The notes under the pieces were generated by a model. That model was not told the DNA's origin. It searched no databases and saw only the letters and a list, made by a program, of their open reading frames with translations. From Bugula neritina (taxonomy: Eukaryota > Animalia > Bryozoa), in NCBI GenBank assembly GCA_964035545.1, contig OZ037768.1, positions 372,001 to 436,000 on the forward strand: 64,000 nucleotides of DNA, given 5' to 3'. The position numbers were made by a program, and so were the translations under genes. Positions 10,401-22,100 of the stretch are shown here, piece by piece (position 1 is the stretch's first letter; the number at the start of each line of letters is the position of its first letter).

Positions 10401-13400
10401 ACTACTCTGTAGTCAACAGTATAACTACTCTGCAGTCAACAGTATAACTACTCTATAGTCAACAGTATAACTACTCTGTAGTCACCTCAGATCTCCCACA
10501 TAGTGAGTCTCCCACGATAACTTCACCCTTGACCTTGCCAGCATATGCACAAAATTTGTGGCTGAAAGAATATTGTCGGCTGTTTCGAAGGCAGAATTCC
10601 CTTTTCCTACAGGAAGTGTGAGAGTCATTTGACTATATACAGACATATCTTAGTTGATCATTAAGATTTGATAGTGAAAACATACTCTGATCGGGAGTTG
10701 CTTCCCCCACACAGTATTGTAGAAGAAAGTTGGCCTATCACAGAAATTTGGAGTTGCAGTTCAATAAATGTTTCTTAAAAACCTAGAAAGTCAGCAGCTG
10801 AACAGAAAATCAGCAGCTGAACAGAAAATCAGCAGCTGAACAGAAAATCCACCGTAAAGCCAATCTATGAGCCTATGAGTTAGTAACTACTTGCAGTATG
10901 CCATATAGACTGTGCATAGCACTGTGACAATGTGACACTGTGACAATGTGACACTGTGACGATACGAGTCACTACTAGTCAGTACTCAACACACCTAGTA
11001 TAAGTACTGAAAGTCCCTCATAATCATCAGGATTTACTGAAGCGTCGCTGTAGTATTCCACATGTTCAGAACCTGGGAAGGTGACTTTCTTTTCCTTTGA
11101 GTATCCAGTAGCCATAATCAACACTCTACAAGATTTCATAAACATCTGCTAAGTTCTGCTTGTCTCCTACTTCGAATATATATTAGTAATTCCACTGTGT
11201 CTATACATCAACACGTTGTCAACACGTTATCAACAAGTATCAACACATCAGCAGATTTTGACATATTAACAGGTTACAGTTTGACCATAAATGTCGAAAA
11301 ACAGAAGAAAAATTTCAACTTTAGTTTTAGTTTCAAAATCTAAAATCAAAATAAAGCGCCGATTTGTTCAAATAAAACAAAAAGCACCATATATAAGCAT
11401 GTATGCTCTTACTTGCAGTTGTAAGTGTTGCCATGTTGGTCCCGCATTCCAAACAAACTTCCCGGGACCGAAGCGTTGGGAGGAGTGATGTCACTGATTT
11501 CCGTGTTGTACTGAATATTCAGATTGTAATATTCAGCAAAGTCCTTCAGATACTGAGTTAAGGATTGCTTGGGTGGGAAAAATTTCTTGGAATACCTACA
11601 GACATGCACATTGTATATATGTAACACAGATTGTTATACTACATATACTGTGTATATATGTAACACAGAGTGTTATACTACATGTATACTACAAATACTC
11701 TGTATATATGTAACACAGAGTGTTATACTATATGTACTACATATACTCTGTATATATGTAACACAGTGTGTTATACTATATGTACTACAGATACATTGTA
11801 TATATGTAACACAGTGTGTTATACTGCATGTACTACAGATACTCTGTATATATGTAACAATGTCACTGACACTTCACATGGCAATGTATTGTAAAGTCTG
11901 CACATTATCAAGTCATTTAACTGTGTTTATCTGTAAATACTAGTAACTAAGTAGTCTTCATTGCAATAAGATGAGAAGCAAACAGGTGTGGCTTATGAAA
12001 TGCCTGTGCATTAGATTATCTGTTAAACACTGCAGTGGATATAAGTTGTATACAGAAACCATATCTTTCTAAATCTTCTTGGATATCACCAAAACCCAGA
12101 CAATATTTTATATTTAGACTTATCTCAAATAGGTACAGTATGGTACAGCTCTAACCCCTAGACCACTGTAACCCCTAGACCACTCTAACCCCTAGACCCC
12201 TCTAACCCCTAGACCACTCTAACCCCTAGACCACTGTAACCCCTAGACCCCTCTAACCCCTAGACCACTCTAACCCCTAGACCACTCTAACCCCTAGACC
12301 ACTCTAACATCTAGACCACTCTAACCCCTAGACCACTCTAACCCCTAGACCACTCTAACCCCTAGACCACTCTAACTCCTAGACCACTCTAACTCCTAGA
12401 CCACTCTAACCCCTAGACCACTCTAACCCCTAGACCACTCTAACCCCTAGACCACTCTAACCCCTAGACTACTCTAACCCCTAGACCACTCTAACCCCTA
12501 GACCACTCTAACCCCTAGACCACTCTAACATCTAGACCACTCGAATCCATAGACCACTCTAACCCCTAGACCACTCTAACTCCTAGACCACTCTAACCCC
12601 TAGACCACTCTAACCCCTAGACCACTCTAACCCCTAGACCACTCTAACCCCTAGACCACTATAACATCTAGACCACTCGAATCCATAGACCACTCTAACC
12701 CCTAGACCACTCTAACCCCTAGACCACTCTAACCCCTAGACCCCTCTAACCCCTAGACCACTCTAACCCCTAGACCCCTCTAACCCCTAGACCACTCTAA
12801 CCCCTAGACCACTGTAACCCCTAGACCCCTCTAACCCCTAGACCACTCTAACTCCTAGACCACTCTAACATCTAGACCACTCTAACCCCTAGACCACTCT
12901 AACCCCTAGACCACTCTAACCCCTAGACCACTCTAACTCCTAGACCACTCTAACATCTAGACAACTCGAATTCATAGACCACGGCTGCTTAAATAAAATG
13001 TTATTTCTGCTTATCATGACAGAACCGGCTGAGACTTCCTTTCCAGAGCTGGTCACAGGAGGATGAGAAGTTGTCTGACTAAATGAAATAGTCAAATCTC
13101 ACTTAAACCCCAAATCATGTCACTTGAACCCAATCCAAGTCTCTCACAACATCTCCGGCAGCTTTCTGGCAGCTGGAGAGAAAGTCGGCTATGAGCAGAG
13201 AGTGTGGTTTACTACGAGGACATCACACTCAGCTCAACAGCAAAGGAGAATATTGTCTACACACGTTAGTCATTATGAAATGATGATTTTACTTGGTCAT
13301 ACGAAGGTCAAGGTTGTCTGTGAGGAGAGAATTCCAATCATGTCTCATGTTGAACTCATCATTTAATTTCCCAGTGTGTCTCTTATTGATACTGATTAGT

Positions 13401-16400
13401 TGACCATGCCTCGGGTATTTGTAGAAGAAATTTCCTAAAATATTCAACAATTTAATTGATGAATCTCATTTAAACATTTGATCTTAAAATGGAATTACAG
13501 TATTCATAAAATACTCCACGCTTCGTACCCGCATTTCTACAGTGCCTAAAAACTACAATACTATTTCACTCTCATTCTATCACATTACACCAGTCACTTG
13601 TACAGTCACACTCTCAGAGTCACACTCTCAGAGTCACACTCACAGTCACACTCTCTAAGTCACACTCTCCTAGTCACACTCTCTCAGTCACTCTCTCAGT
13701 CACACTCTCTCAGTCACACTCACACTCTCAGAGTCACACTCATTTAGTCAATGAAAAAGGTCATTGGTGATGTCAGAAGAAGCATTAAATCATAATTGCT
13801 CCTGTGTCAGAGGAAAAACAAATCCTTAACCCCTTTGAAAGGTGGATCCCATAAGGGGTTCTCACAGGGTTGGATACTTTAGGCATAATTGTCTTACTAA
13901 TATTCACAGAATATGACATTATAACATTGCTCTCAAATCTACAGCAGAAATATACAGCTCTCTATAATAGCATACAGCTTTCTATAGCATACAGCTTTCT
14001 ATAGCATACAGCTTTCTATAGCATACAGCTATCTATAGCATACAGCTCTCTATAGCATACAGCTCTCTATAGCATACAGCTCTCTATAGCATACAGCTCT
14101 CTATAGCAATATAGAAGTGTGCTCTAATTATAACTTTCCAAATAAATCATAATTTTATTTTTAACATGATGACAACAATTTATGATGGTAAAGCTATGTG
14201 ACATAACAGTGTATAGTGTTTGGGAGAGTTTGAACTGTCCTGTAATACACTGATGTTTCACCTAATATAAGTATACGTCTCTTCTCATTTATATGCTACA
14301 GTAGTCGAGGAATCGTGCACTGCATATATGTAAATAATATGTAATATTATAATATAATATGCTATATATGTGTAAATAATATGTAATAATATAATATAAT
14401 ATGCTATATATATTTAATTAATATGTAATAATATAATATAATATTCTATATATATATATGTAGTGTATGTGTAATAATTTACAGTCCCAACATTGCTGAT
14501 TTGCATTCAATCACACTGAGAATCTTAAGTTTGTGCTAGGACCGGACCAGGTGTGAGACTGAGTGTGACTGAGTGTGACTAAGCGAGACTGAGTGTGACA
14601 GAGCGAGACTAAGTGTGACAGAGCGAGACTAAGTGTGACAGAGTAAGACTGAGTGAGACAGAGTAAGACTGAGTGAGACTGAGTGAGACTGGGTGTGACT
14701 GAGTGAGACTGAATGAGACAGAGTAAGACTGAATGAGACTGAGTGTGACTGAGCGTGAAAGCAGGTGTGTTATCAGGTGATCCTCTCTACCCACCAGCTC
14801 TTCTACAAGACTGAAGCCAGTTGACTGATGCAAACAGACTCTGCAGGTGCTTCCACATCACACGACAAGACTCTGCAGGTGCTTCCACATCACATGACAA
14901 GACTGTCTAAGTGAGATATATGATTATGAATGCTCTGCTTCTTCTCATGACGTACTCCATATGCTATAGTTCTGCTAATTTGTTATCTTTATAGTGTTTA
15001 TACAACAATACAATATGTAATATGCAATGATACTGTTTTTAGCTATAAACAATACAATACATTTATAATTACTCGTGCCATCATAGATTTAATCAGTACT
15101 TACTTTTATTTCAGTATTTTTGAGGGAAAGCTGGTTGATAAATTGTAATTTTTTTGTTTTACTTTCAATTATTATTTCAACCATCCTGTGAGTTTTTGCA
15201 TGAATATTCTTTTGCCCCAAAACCAGCAAGAAATTTCTACTCTGCCCACTCTGTCTATAGCATGTCTATTACTATAACTATTTCTTTTACAGCTACAACT
15301 ACCTGAACTGAAGTACAACCACTATTAGTAAACGGCTTCATTCAGCAAAGATGTTATTGGTATATCTATAGTAGTGAAGGAATACACACAGTAGCAAAGA
15401 TGTTATTGGTATATGTATAGTAGTAAAGGAATACACACAGTAGCAAAGATGTTATTGGTATATGTATAGTAGTGAAGGAATACACACAGTAGCAAAGATG
15501 TTATTGGTATATGTATAGTAGTGAAGGAATACACACAGTAGCAAAGATGTTATTGGTATATGTATAGTAGTGAAGGAATACATACAGTAGCAAAGATGTT
15601 ATTGGTATATGTATAGTAGTGAAGGAATACATACAGTAGCAAAGATGTTATTGGTATATGTATAGTAGTGAAGGAATACACACAGTAGCAAAGATGTTAT
15701 TGGTATATGTATAGCAAAAAAGAAATACACACAGTAGCAAATACATTTAAACTATTTCCAATGAATCAATAGAAAGAGGAAGTACAGCTGTAGCAGAAAT
15801 GTTGCTTCAAGTAGGAATTGTATAGTGATAAAAGGCACATTATATTACTATTAAAGCATCACACTACTATTATTGAATTTAAATATAATAACATGGAGAA
15901 TTGCTTGCCCAGTTTTTGACATTTCCATCATATAATTAGTGTAATATTGTATACAGTTGGTCAGCTTATAGAGCCCTGGTAAAAAACCTGTATATTTTAC
16001 AAAGTTTATTCCACAAGTTTTAGTTTAGTAGTAGCTAAACAAGCTAATGATCACTCTCAATCAGCAAAACCACTCATGTTGATGGTTGACTCAGTCAATT
16101 ACACAATGTCATTTATCCACTTTTACTCAGTCACACTCACCCAGTCACACTCACTCACTCACTCACACTCACACTCACTCAGTCACACACACAGTCACAC
16201 TCACTCAGTCACACTCACCTAGTCACACTCACTCACACTCACTCAGTCACACACAGTCACATTCACTCACTCAGTCACACACAGTCACATTCACTCACTC
16301 AGTCACACCCACCTGGTGCTTCTCCTCTCTCATATATGATGTAATCACGGTTAGACATTTGCAGTAAAGAACCAAGCTGTAGCCCTGAAGGTCCGGCTCC

Positions 16401-16487
16401 CACAATGCAATAGTCACGAGATGACATCACACTAACTACCTGACAGGTCAGCAGCATGGCTGCCACAAGAAACAATCTCTCAGCCAT
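7457..16487 (-). CDS. FOXRED2: FOXRED2/ERFAD-like FAD-dependent oxidoreductase, copy A (~602 aa)
   Basis: 11 exons in transcription order: 16313-16487, 13293-13434, 11413-11595, 10995-11125, 10486-10606, 9731-9946, 9463-9629, 9137-9302, 8591-8829, 8347-8470, 7457-7601; total 1809 nt, open. Signal peptide [22 protein letters not shown]; FAD motif [13 protein letters not shown]; [26 protein letters not shown]; NAD(P)H motif GKGNSAFE; [14 protein letters not shown]; [11 protein letters not shown]; HHIVEDFLT. Confidence 0.92.
7628..8310. repeat. 20/22-bp minisatellite in FOXRED2-A intron 10 (paralogous array at 19315-19943)
   Basis: Unit CTATGACCTCTACTAACACA(CA). Confidence 0.93.
9947..10485. 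repeat. 23-bp minisatellite filling all of FOXRED2-A intron 5 (paralog 21578-22254)
   Basis: Unit TCTGTAGTCAACAGTATAACTAC; the sense strand carries the acceptor TTGACTACAG in most units. Confidence 0.95.
12148..12980. repeat. 17-bp minisatellite (~48 copies), FOXRED2-A intron 2 only
   Basis: Unit CTCTAACCCCTAGACCA. Confidence 0.95.
15344..15741. repeat. 49-bp minisatellite (~8 copies), FOXRED2-A intron 1
   Basis: AGCAAAGATGTTATTGGTATATGTATAGTAGTGAAGGAATACACACAGT. Confidence 0.93.
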
Positions 16488-16949
16488 GTTGAACTCTCTC
16501 TGAAAACTATATTTTATACTCTGTTTTATCTATACTATCAGTATCACATATGAATAAAAATATACTCATCATCATTTACATGTTTAATCAAAAAGACCGA
16601 GTAATTAGGCAGATGACAAGCTTAAAAGTTAAAACCAAGTGAGCAAAAAACTGAACAAGGTTCTTATGCATCATTGAAGTTGCAACACAAATATGTGGCA
16701 CAATTCGTGGCAAATATTTTCAGATGGAAAAATAAACAACAAAATTCTAAAAAGAGAGAGGTTGCAGAAAAAATTAAAATAAACGCCAGGCGGTCAATTT
16801 AGATAACTATTAAAGACAATTACAATATTATACGAGCTACAGGTACTATACCAAAATGAACATCAACAGGATTATTGAAAAGTACTTTAACTTGTAGCTT
16901 CATTATAACGTTTATTCCGTCTCAGATTTGATAATTTACTGCCACATAC

Positions 16950-17260
16950 CTGATAAATTCTCTGTTACAAGCTGCATCAACCGGAGTGTACGTGTAACTA
17001 GCTTGTTTTTAATTTGAAGACTGATAATAGCGTATTTTAGGGATGAAATCCGTGTGCAAATTAAAACCCACGCGTGATAAGCAGACGTTCGTGGTGTGTG
17101 GGCGGCGCTATATTGTGGTAGGCGAATAAATGAGCAGTGAGTTGATGATTGAATTTCGTAAGAAAGCATAGCCAATGGGACGCAGCATGGATGACAGACC
17201 AATCGTACCACGTGTTTGTCACGTGAGCATAGTAGTATGAAACATTATTAGCCAATGCAA
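16950..17260 (-). promoter_or_regulatory. Probable 5'UTR exon and core promoter of FOXRED2 copy A
   Basis: Minus-strand donor TCAG|GTATGT at 16950 and acceptor TTTTCAG at 16500 just before the ATG. Three CCAAT boxes (17172, 17199, 17252), two CACGTG boxes (17209, 17220) and CCACGCGTG (17068), all retained in copy B. Confidence 0.55.
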
Positions 17261-19143
17261 GTAAGTAGCAAGCTAACCTAGCTTTCTAGATTCTAAACTA
17301 TATTATAGCAATTGCTTGAAATGCTACCAATTATCTGCTACCTGTTACTTCCTCTGCTGCTGTTTCACACATTATGTGGGTTAATCGCATCTACTTTAGC
17401 ATTTTTGCTCCTTTACTTTTTGTTTTCCACATCCAGTTGCATATGCAAGTTTTGATTTTTGTGTACTTCCTTGTGTACGCTTTCTCTATTATAAATTTAG
17501 TCTTAACTAGTATCTGTGGGTCACAGTGAGATATTTGAGGTATATATAACAATACTTTAACTTCAAAACATGTTGGGTAGTCAACTTTGTATTTTAGCCA
17601 ATATTTTTTATAAATTTAGCCAGATAAACAGAAAAAAAGTATATAATATTATAACTAAAAAAAATGATTGTAATTGACAAAAGAGTCTAATTTCAACTAA
17701 TACTGCAGTTAGTTGAGCCAAAAGTTTTTGAAACGAATTATAATAAGTAACAACTTGTGAAGATGATAAAAATAGAACTATACTGAGATAATTGTGACAC
17801 TCTCAAGCAGGTCTAACCTGTGGGCACTGTACAGTGACATCATCCTGGTAGACTATAAACAGTATCCTTCAGTGTCATACTGCAGTAACTATAGCAATCA
17901 CTGCAGTAACTATAGCAACACTGATTACAACACTGATAAATAGCAAAGCTGAAAAGTGTAAAATAGAAGTGAAAGTAGTATCTATAGTTTAGATGTATTG
18001 TATATTACACGGTATTCCATATCACATGTCACTGGACTTGCCTGTTAATTTGTAGAAGACAACTACCACAACTATCATGATCATTAATATAGGAGTTATA
18101 AGTCCATAAGCTGCAGGTGCTATAAAATACAGCGCTGACATTCCTCTCATGCATTGGTCCGATTACAACAGCTGCTGTAGCTGTACACCCTAGCCAAGTT
18201 TCTCCGCCCCTTTGGTATTACTCACTAACTCATTCACTCACTCACTCACTCACTCACTCACTCACTCACTCACTCACTCACTCACTCACTAACTCATTCA
18301 CTCACTCTCTCACTCACTCACTCACTCACTCACTCACTCACTCACTCACTTTCTCTGTCTTCCTAAATCAAAACTCAGCTTTCCCAAGTCATCACAAGAT
18401 GAAACACCAGTTTCATGAAAAACTTCCACATCTGTATATTGTATGTTGTATTACACTAACAACTGTGCATTATCTAGTATTTTATATTTCACAAGAAATT
18501 GCTGCACATCACTGTACTTTAACATACTGCACTGTAGCATTGCACTAACAATTGCAATATATCACAATACACAGTTCATTACAATACTCAGTTTATTACA
18601 ATACTCAGTTTATTACAATACTCAGTTTATTACAATACTTAGTTCACTCCAATACTTAGTTCATTGCAATACTTGGTTCATGCATTACAATACTTAGTTC
18701 ACTCCAATACTTAGTTCACTACAGGACATATTTGAGAAAGTTGCGAGTGTTTTAGTTCATTATAATATTATAGTCTCGCCTACTTCTTTACTGACCTTTA
18801 TGATTGCAATTTGCTTCATTTAACATGCATTTGTTTGCATATGCTTTGTATATAAATAATTATAATTTTACATATTTTTGTATTTATTATATATTTTATT
18901 ATATTATATAAGCTGTGCAAAAAGAAAATTTGTTGTAAAACACCATAATTGATCCTTTTTATTGTAAAATATATTTAAATATAGATACAGATAACAAATT
19001 TCCAAAATAAACCTAAAAAGCTAACTAATAACTAATAACTAACAACTAACAACTAACCAGCTAATTTAAACTACAGAGTTGCTATAAAGCACTCATACTG
19101 AATAGCGTTAGTGTATGATTTGCTATAGAATAGTCCTAGTAGT

Positions 19144-22100
19144 TCACATACTCAGAATATCTACGCCCATGTTCCTCAAATAACCAACTTGGCAAGCTAG
19201 GGGTGGAGTTTGGTGAGTTAGCGACAGTTCAAAGCATTCTTCTGAGAGTTTGTGTCTAAGATCTGAGTCTAGGCTTGTCTCTATGAACCTAAAGTCACAC
19301 AAACCTTGAGTATTTACTAACACACACTATGACCTCTACTAACACACACTATGACCTCTACTAACACACTATGACCTCTACTAACATACACTATGACCTG
19401 TACTAACACACTCTATGACCTCTACTAACACACACTATGAGCTCTACTAACATACACTATGACCTGTACTAACACACTCTATGACCTCTACTAACACACA
19501 CTATGAGCTCTACTAACACACACTATGACCTCTACTAACACACACTATGACCTCTACTAACACACACTATGACCTCTACTAACACACCATGACCTCTACT
19601 AACACATACTATGACCTCTACTAACACACACTATGACCTCTACTAACACACACTATGACCTCTACTAACACACACTATGACCTCTACTAACACACACTAT
19701 GACCTCTACTAACACACACTATGAGCTCTACTAACACATACTATGACCTCTACTAATACACACTATGACCTCTACTAACACACTATGACCTCTACTAACA
19801 CATGCTATGACCTCTACTAACATACACTATGACCTCTACTAACACACTCTATGACCTCTACTAACACACTATGACCTCTACTAACACACACTATGACCTC
19901 TACTAACATACACTATGACCTCTACTAACACACACTATGACTCAATCTGAACAGAGTACAAAGAGAATAACATTCCTACCTTCGCAGCGGGAGAATGTGA
20001 GAAAGTTGTGCGTCAAATTCCGTCAAGAAGTCCTCAACTATGTGATGGAGTCGAACAGGGGTTGGGAGAACTTCTGGTCGTTCAACAGCATTCATTTCCT
20101 CTTCTAAAGGAGTAGTATGAATATTATAATATAAAAATATAACACCTGGTAGTACCGTATCCTATTAATATAATAGATAATATAATATACCTGTGGGAAT
20201 TTTATCATAATAGTAGAAAGTTGGATGTAGAAAGTTAGACTTATGAGCCTCAGAGGGTTCGTCAATAGCCCGAGTCTCTCTGAATATATCTTTGCCGGGA
20301 CCTGAGAAGTCTGGCCCGTACTCAAACAGCATGATTATAGCCCTGGTACCATTCCAACCAGTGTGTTTGTGTATGTCGGCTAGCAGTTTGACGGGAAACT
20401 CTTTAAGCATTGTAAACGTCTTGTCTTCGCTGAAAATTAAGTGTTAACTATTGGTCAGACGTTTATATTCTCAGCCAATCAGCTGCCATGACACATAAGA
20501 TAAAGGTAGTTTGCTAATACATAATCACACAAGATGTAAGTGAACTATTTCAGGGATGTGACTATACACTTGCGCAAGTATAAATATTTCCATTTCATAG
20601 TGTAACAGAATGTGATGATAAAGGTAGAGAAATCTGTTAACAGCTTCTAGAAGTTTATTATTTATTCCTATTGATAGAAGACACCAGCTCATGGGTATTT
20701 CCAATAACATCAACTTCTGGAGTTGTGTTTCCTTACTCATGTATAAGAATGATGTCTCCCAGCACACTAAACATTTGGTAGGTTGCTGAGGCTTCATTGA
20801 TTCTCTTGACAATAGTGGGCACCATATCCATCCATGATAGAGTGACGGAGGGCCAGGGCACTCCCTCAAACCTCCACTCCAGGAGGTTGAATAGAGCTCG
20901 GGCTATGGTAATACAAACACTGAGTTTACACTAACTGAAAAATCGAAAGTAAAATAGAAACTTCTACTAGACATACTTGTGTATCTAAAGCCATGTATAT
21001 ATAAACTACTACTAGACATACTTGTGTATCTAAAGCCGTGTATATATAAACTACTACTAGACATACTTGTGCATCTAAAGCCATGTATATATAAACTTCT
21101 ACTAGACATACTTGTGTATCTAAAGCCGTGTATAAATCCACCAGCAGATTTCCTAAAGTCGAGAGAATGAGTTGAAGTTCCAGCAAAGAAGAGACCAGGA
21201 ACTTGGACTGACTCATACGTGTGCTGAATGTGTGGGAACTTAGTGTATCTCATGTGAGGAAGGGGGTGGGGACCACTCCTACAGATAGCACAGAGAGCAA
21301 TGGCTAGACTAGGAAAGGAATTATACAACCACACAGAGAGCAGATAACTTGATATACGTACTGATTGAAGGCTGAGAAGTCGTATTCAAAGCCAAGACAA
21401 CTGATGATCTTGTCGTAATCTTCTCTCATGGAGAATTTATCCAATTCTGTCTCCGACATGTTAAGGTGGAGCTTACCATTCGGCAGTTTGACAACTTCCA
21501 GCTTCTCTACTTGTCTCTCAATGATTCCGTCGAGAGACTTGAGTTGATACGTGTCCAGCAGTCCATTGTTCACTGCCCTGTAGTCAACAGTACAACTACT
21601 CTGTAGTCAACAGTATAACTACTCTATAGTCAACAGTATAACTACTCTATAGTCAACAGTACAACTACTCTGTAGTCAACAGTATAACTACTCTATAGTC
21701 AACAGTATAACTACTCTGTAGTCAACAGTATAACTACTCTATAGTCAACAGTACAACTGCTCTGTAGTCAACAGTATAACTACTCTGTAGTCAACAGTAT
21801 AACTACTCTGTAGTCAACAGTATAACTACTCTGTAGTCAACAGTATAACTACTCTGTAGTCAACAGTATAACTACTCTGTAGTCAACAGTATAACTACTC
21901 TGTAGTCAACAGTATAACTACTCTGTAGTCAACAGTATAACTACTCTGTAGTCAACAGTATAACTACTCTGTAGTCAACAGTATAACTACTCTGTAGTCA
22001 ACAGTATAACTACTCTGTAGTCAACAGTATAACTACTCTATAGTCAACAGTACAACTACTCTGTAGTCAACAGTACAACTACTCTATAGTCAACAGTATA

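Noticed and set aside
12148-12980. Interstitial telomere
   Set aside because: The unit is a 17-mer containing only a partial TAACCC; there is no (TTAGGG)n or (TTAGG)n run.
17061-17255. Paralogous small ORFs MANNVSYYY... (also 26217-26438)
   Set aside because: They begin at TTG, differ in length and overlie the CCAAT/E-box promoter cluster; the similarity is explained by the segmental duplication.
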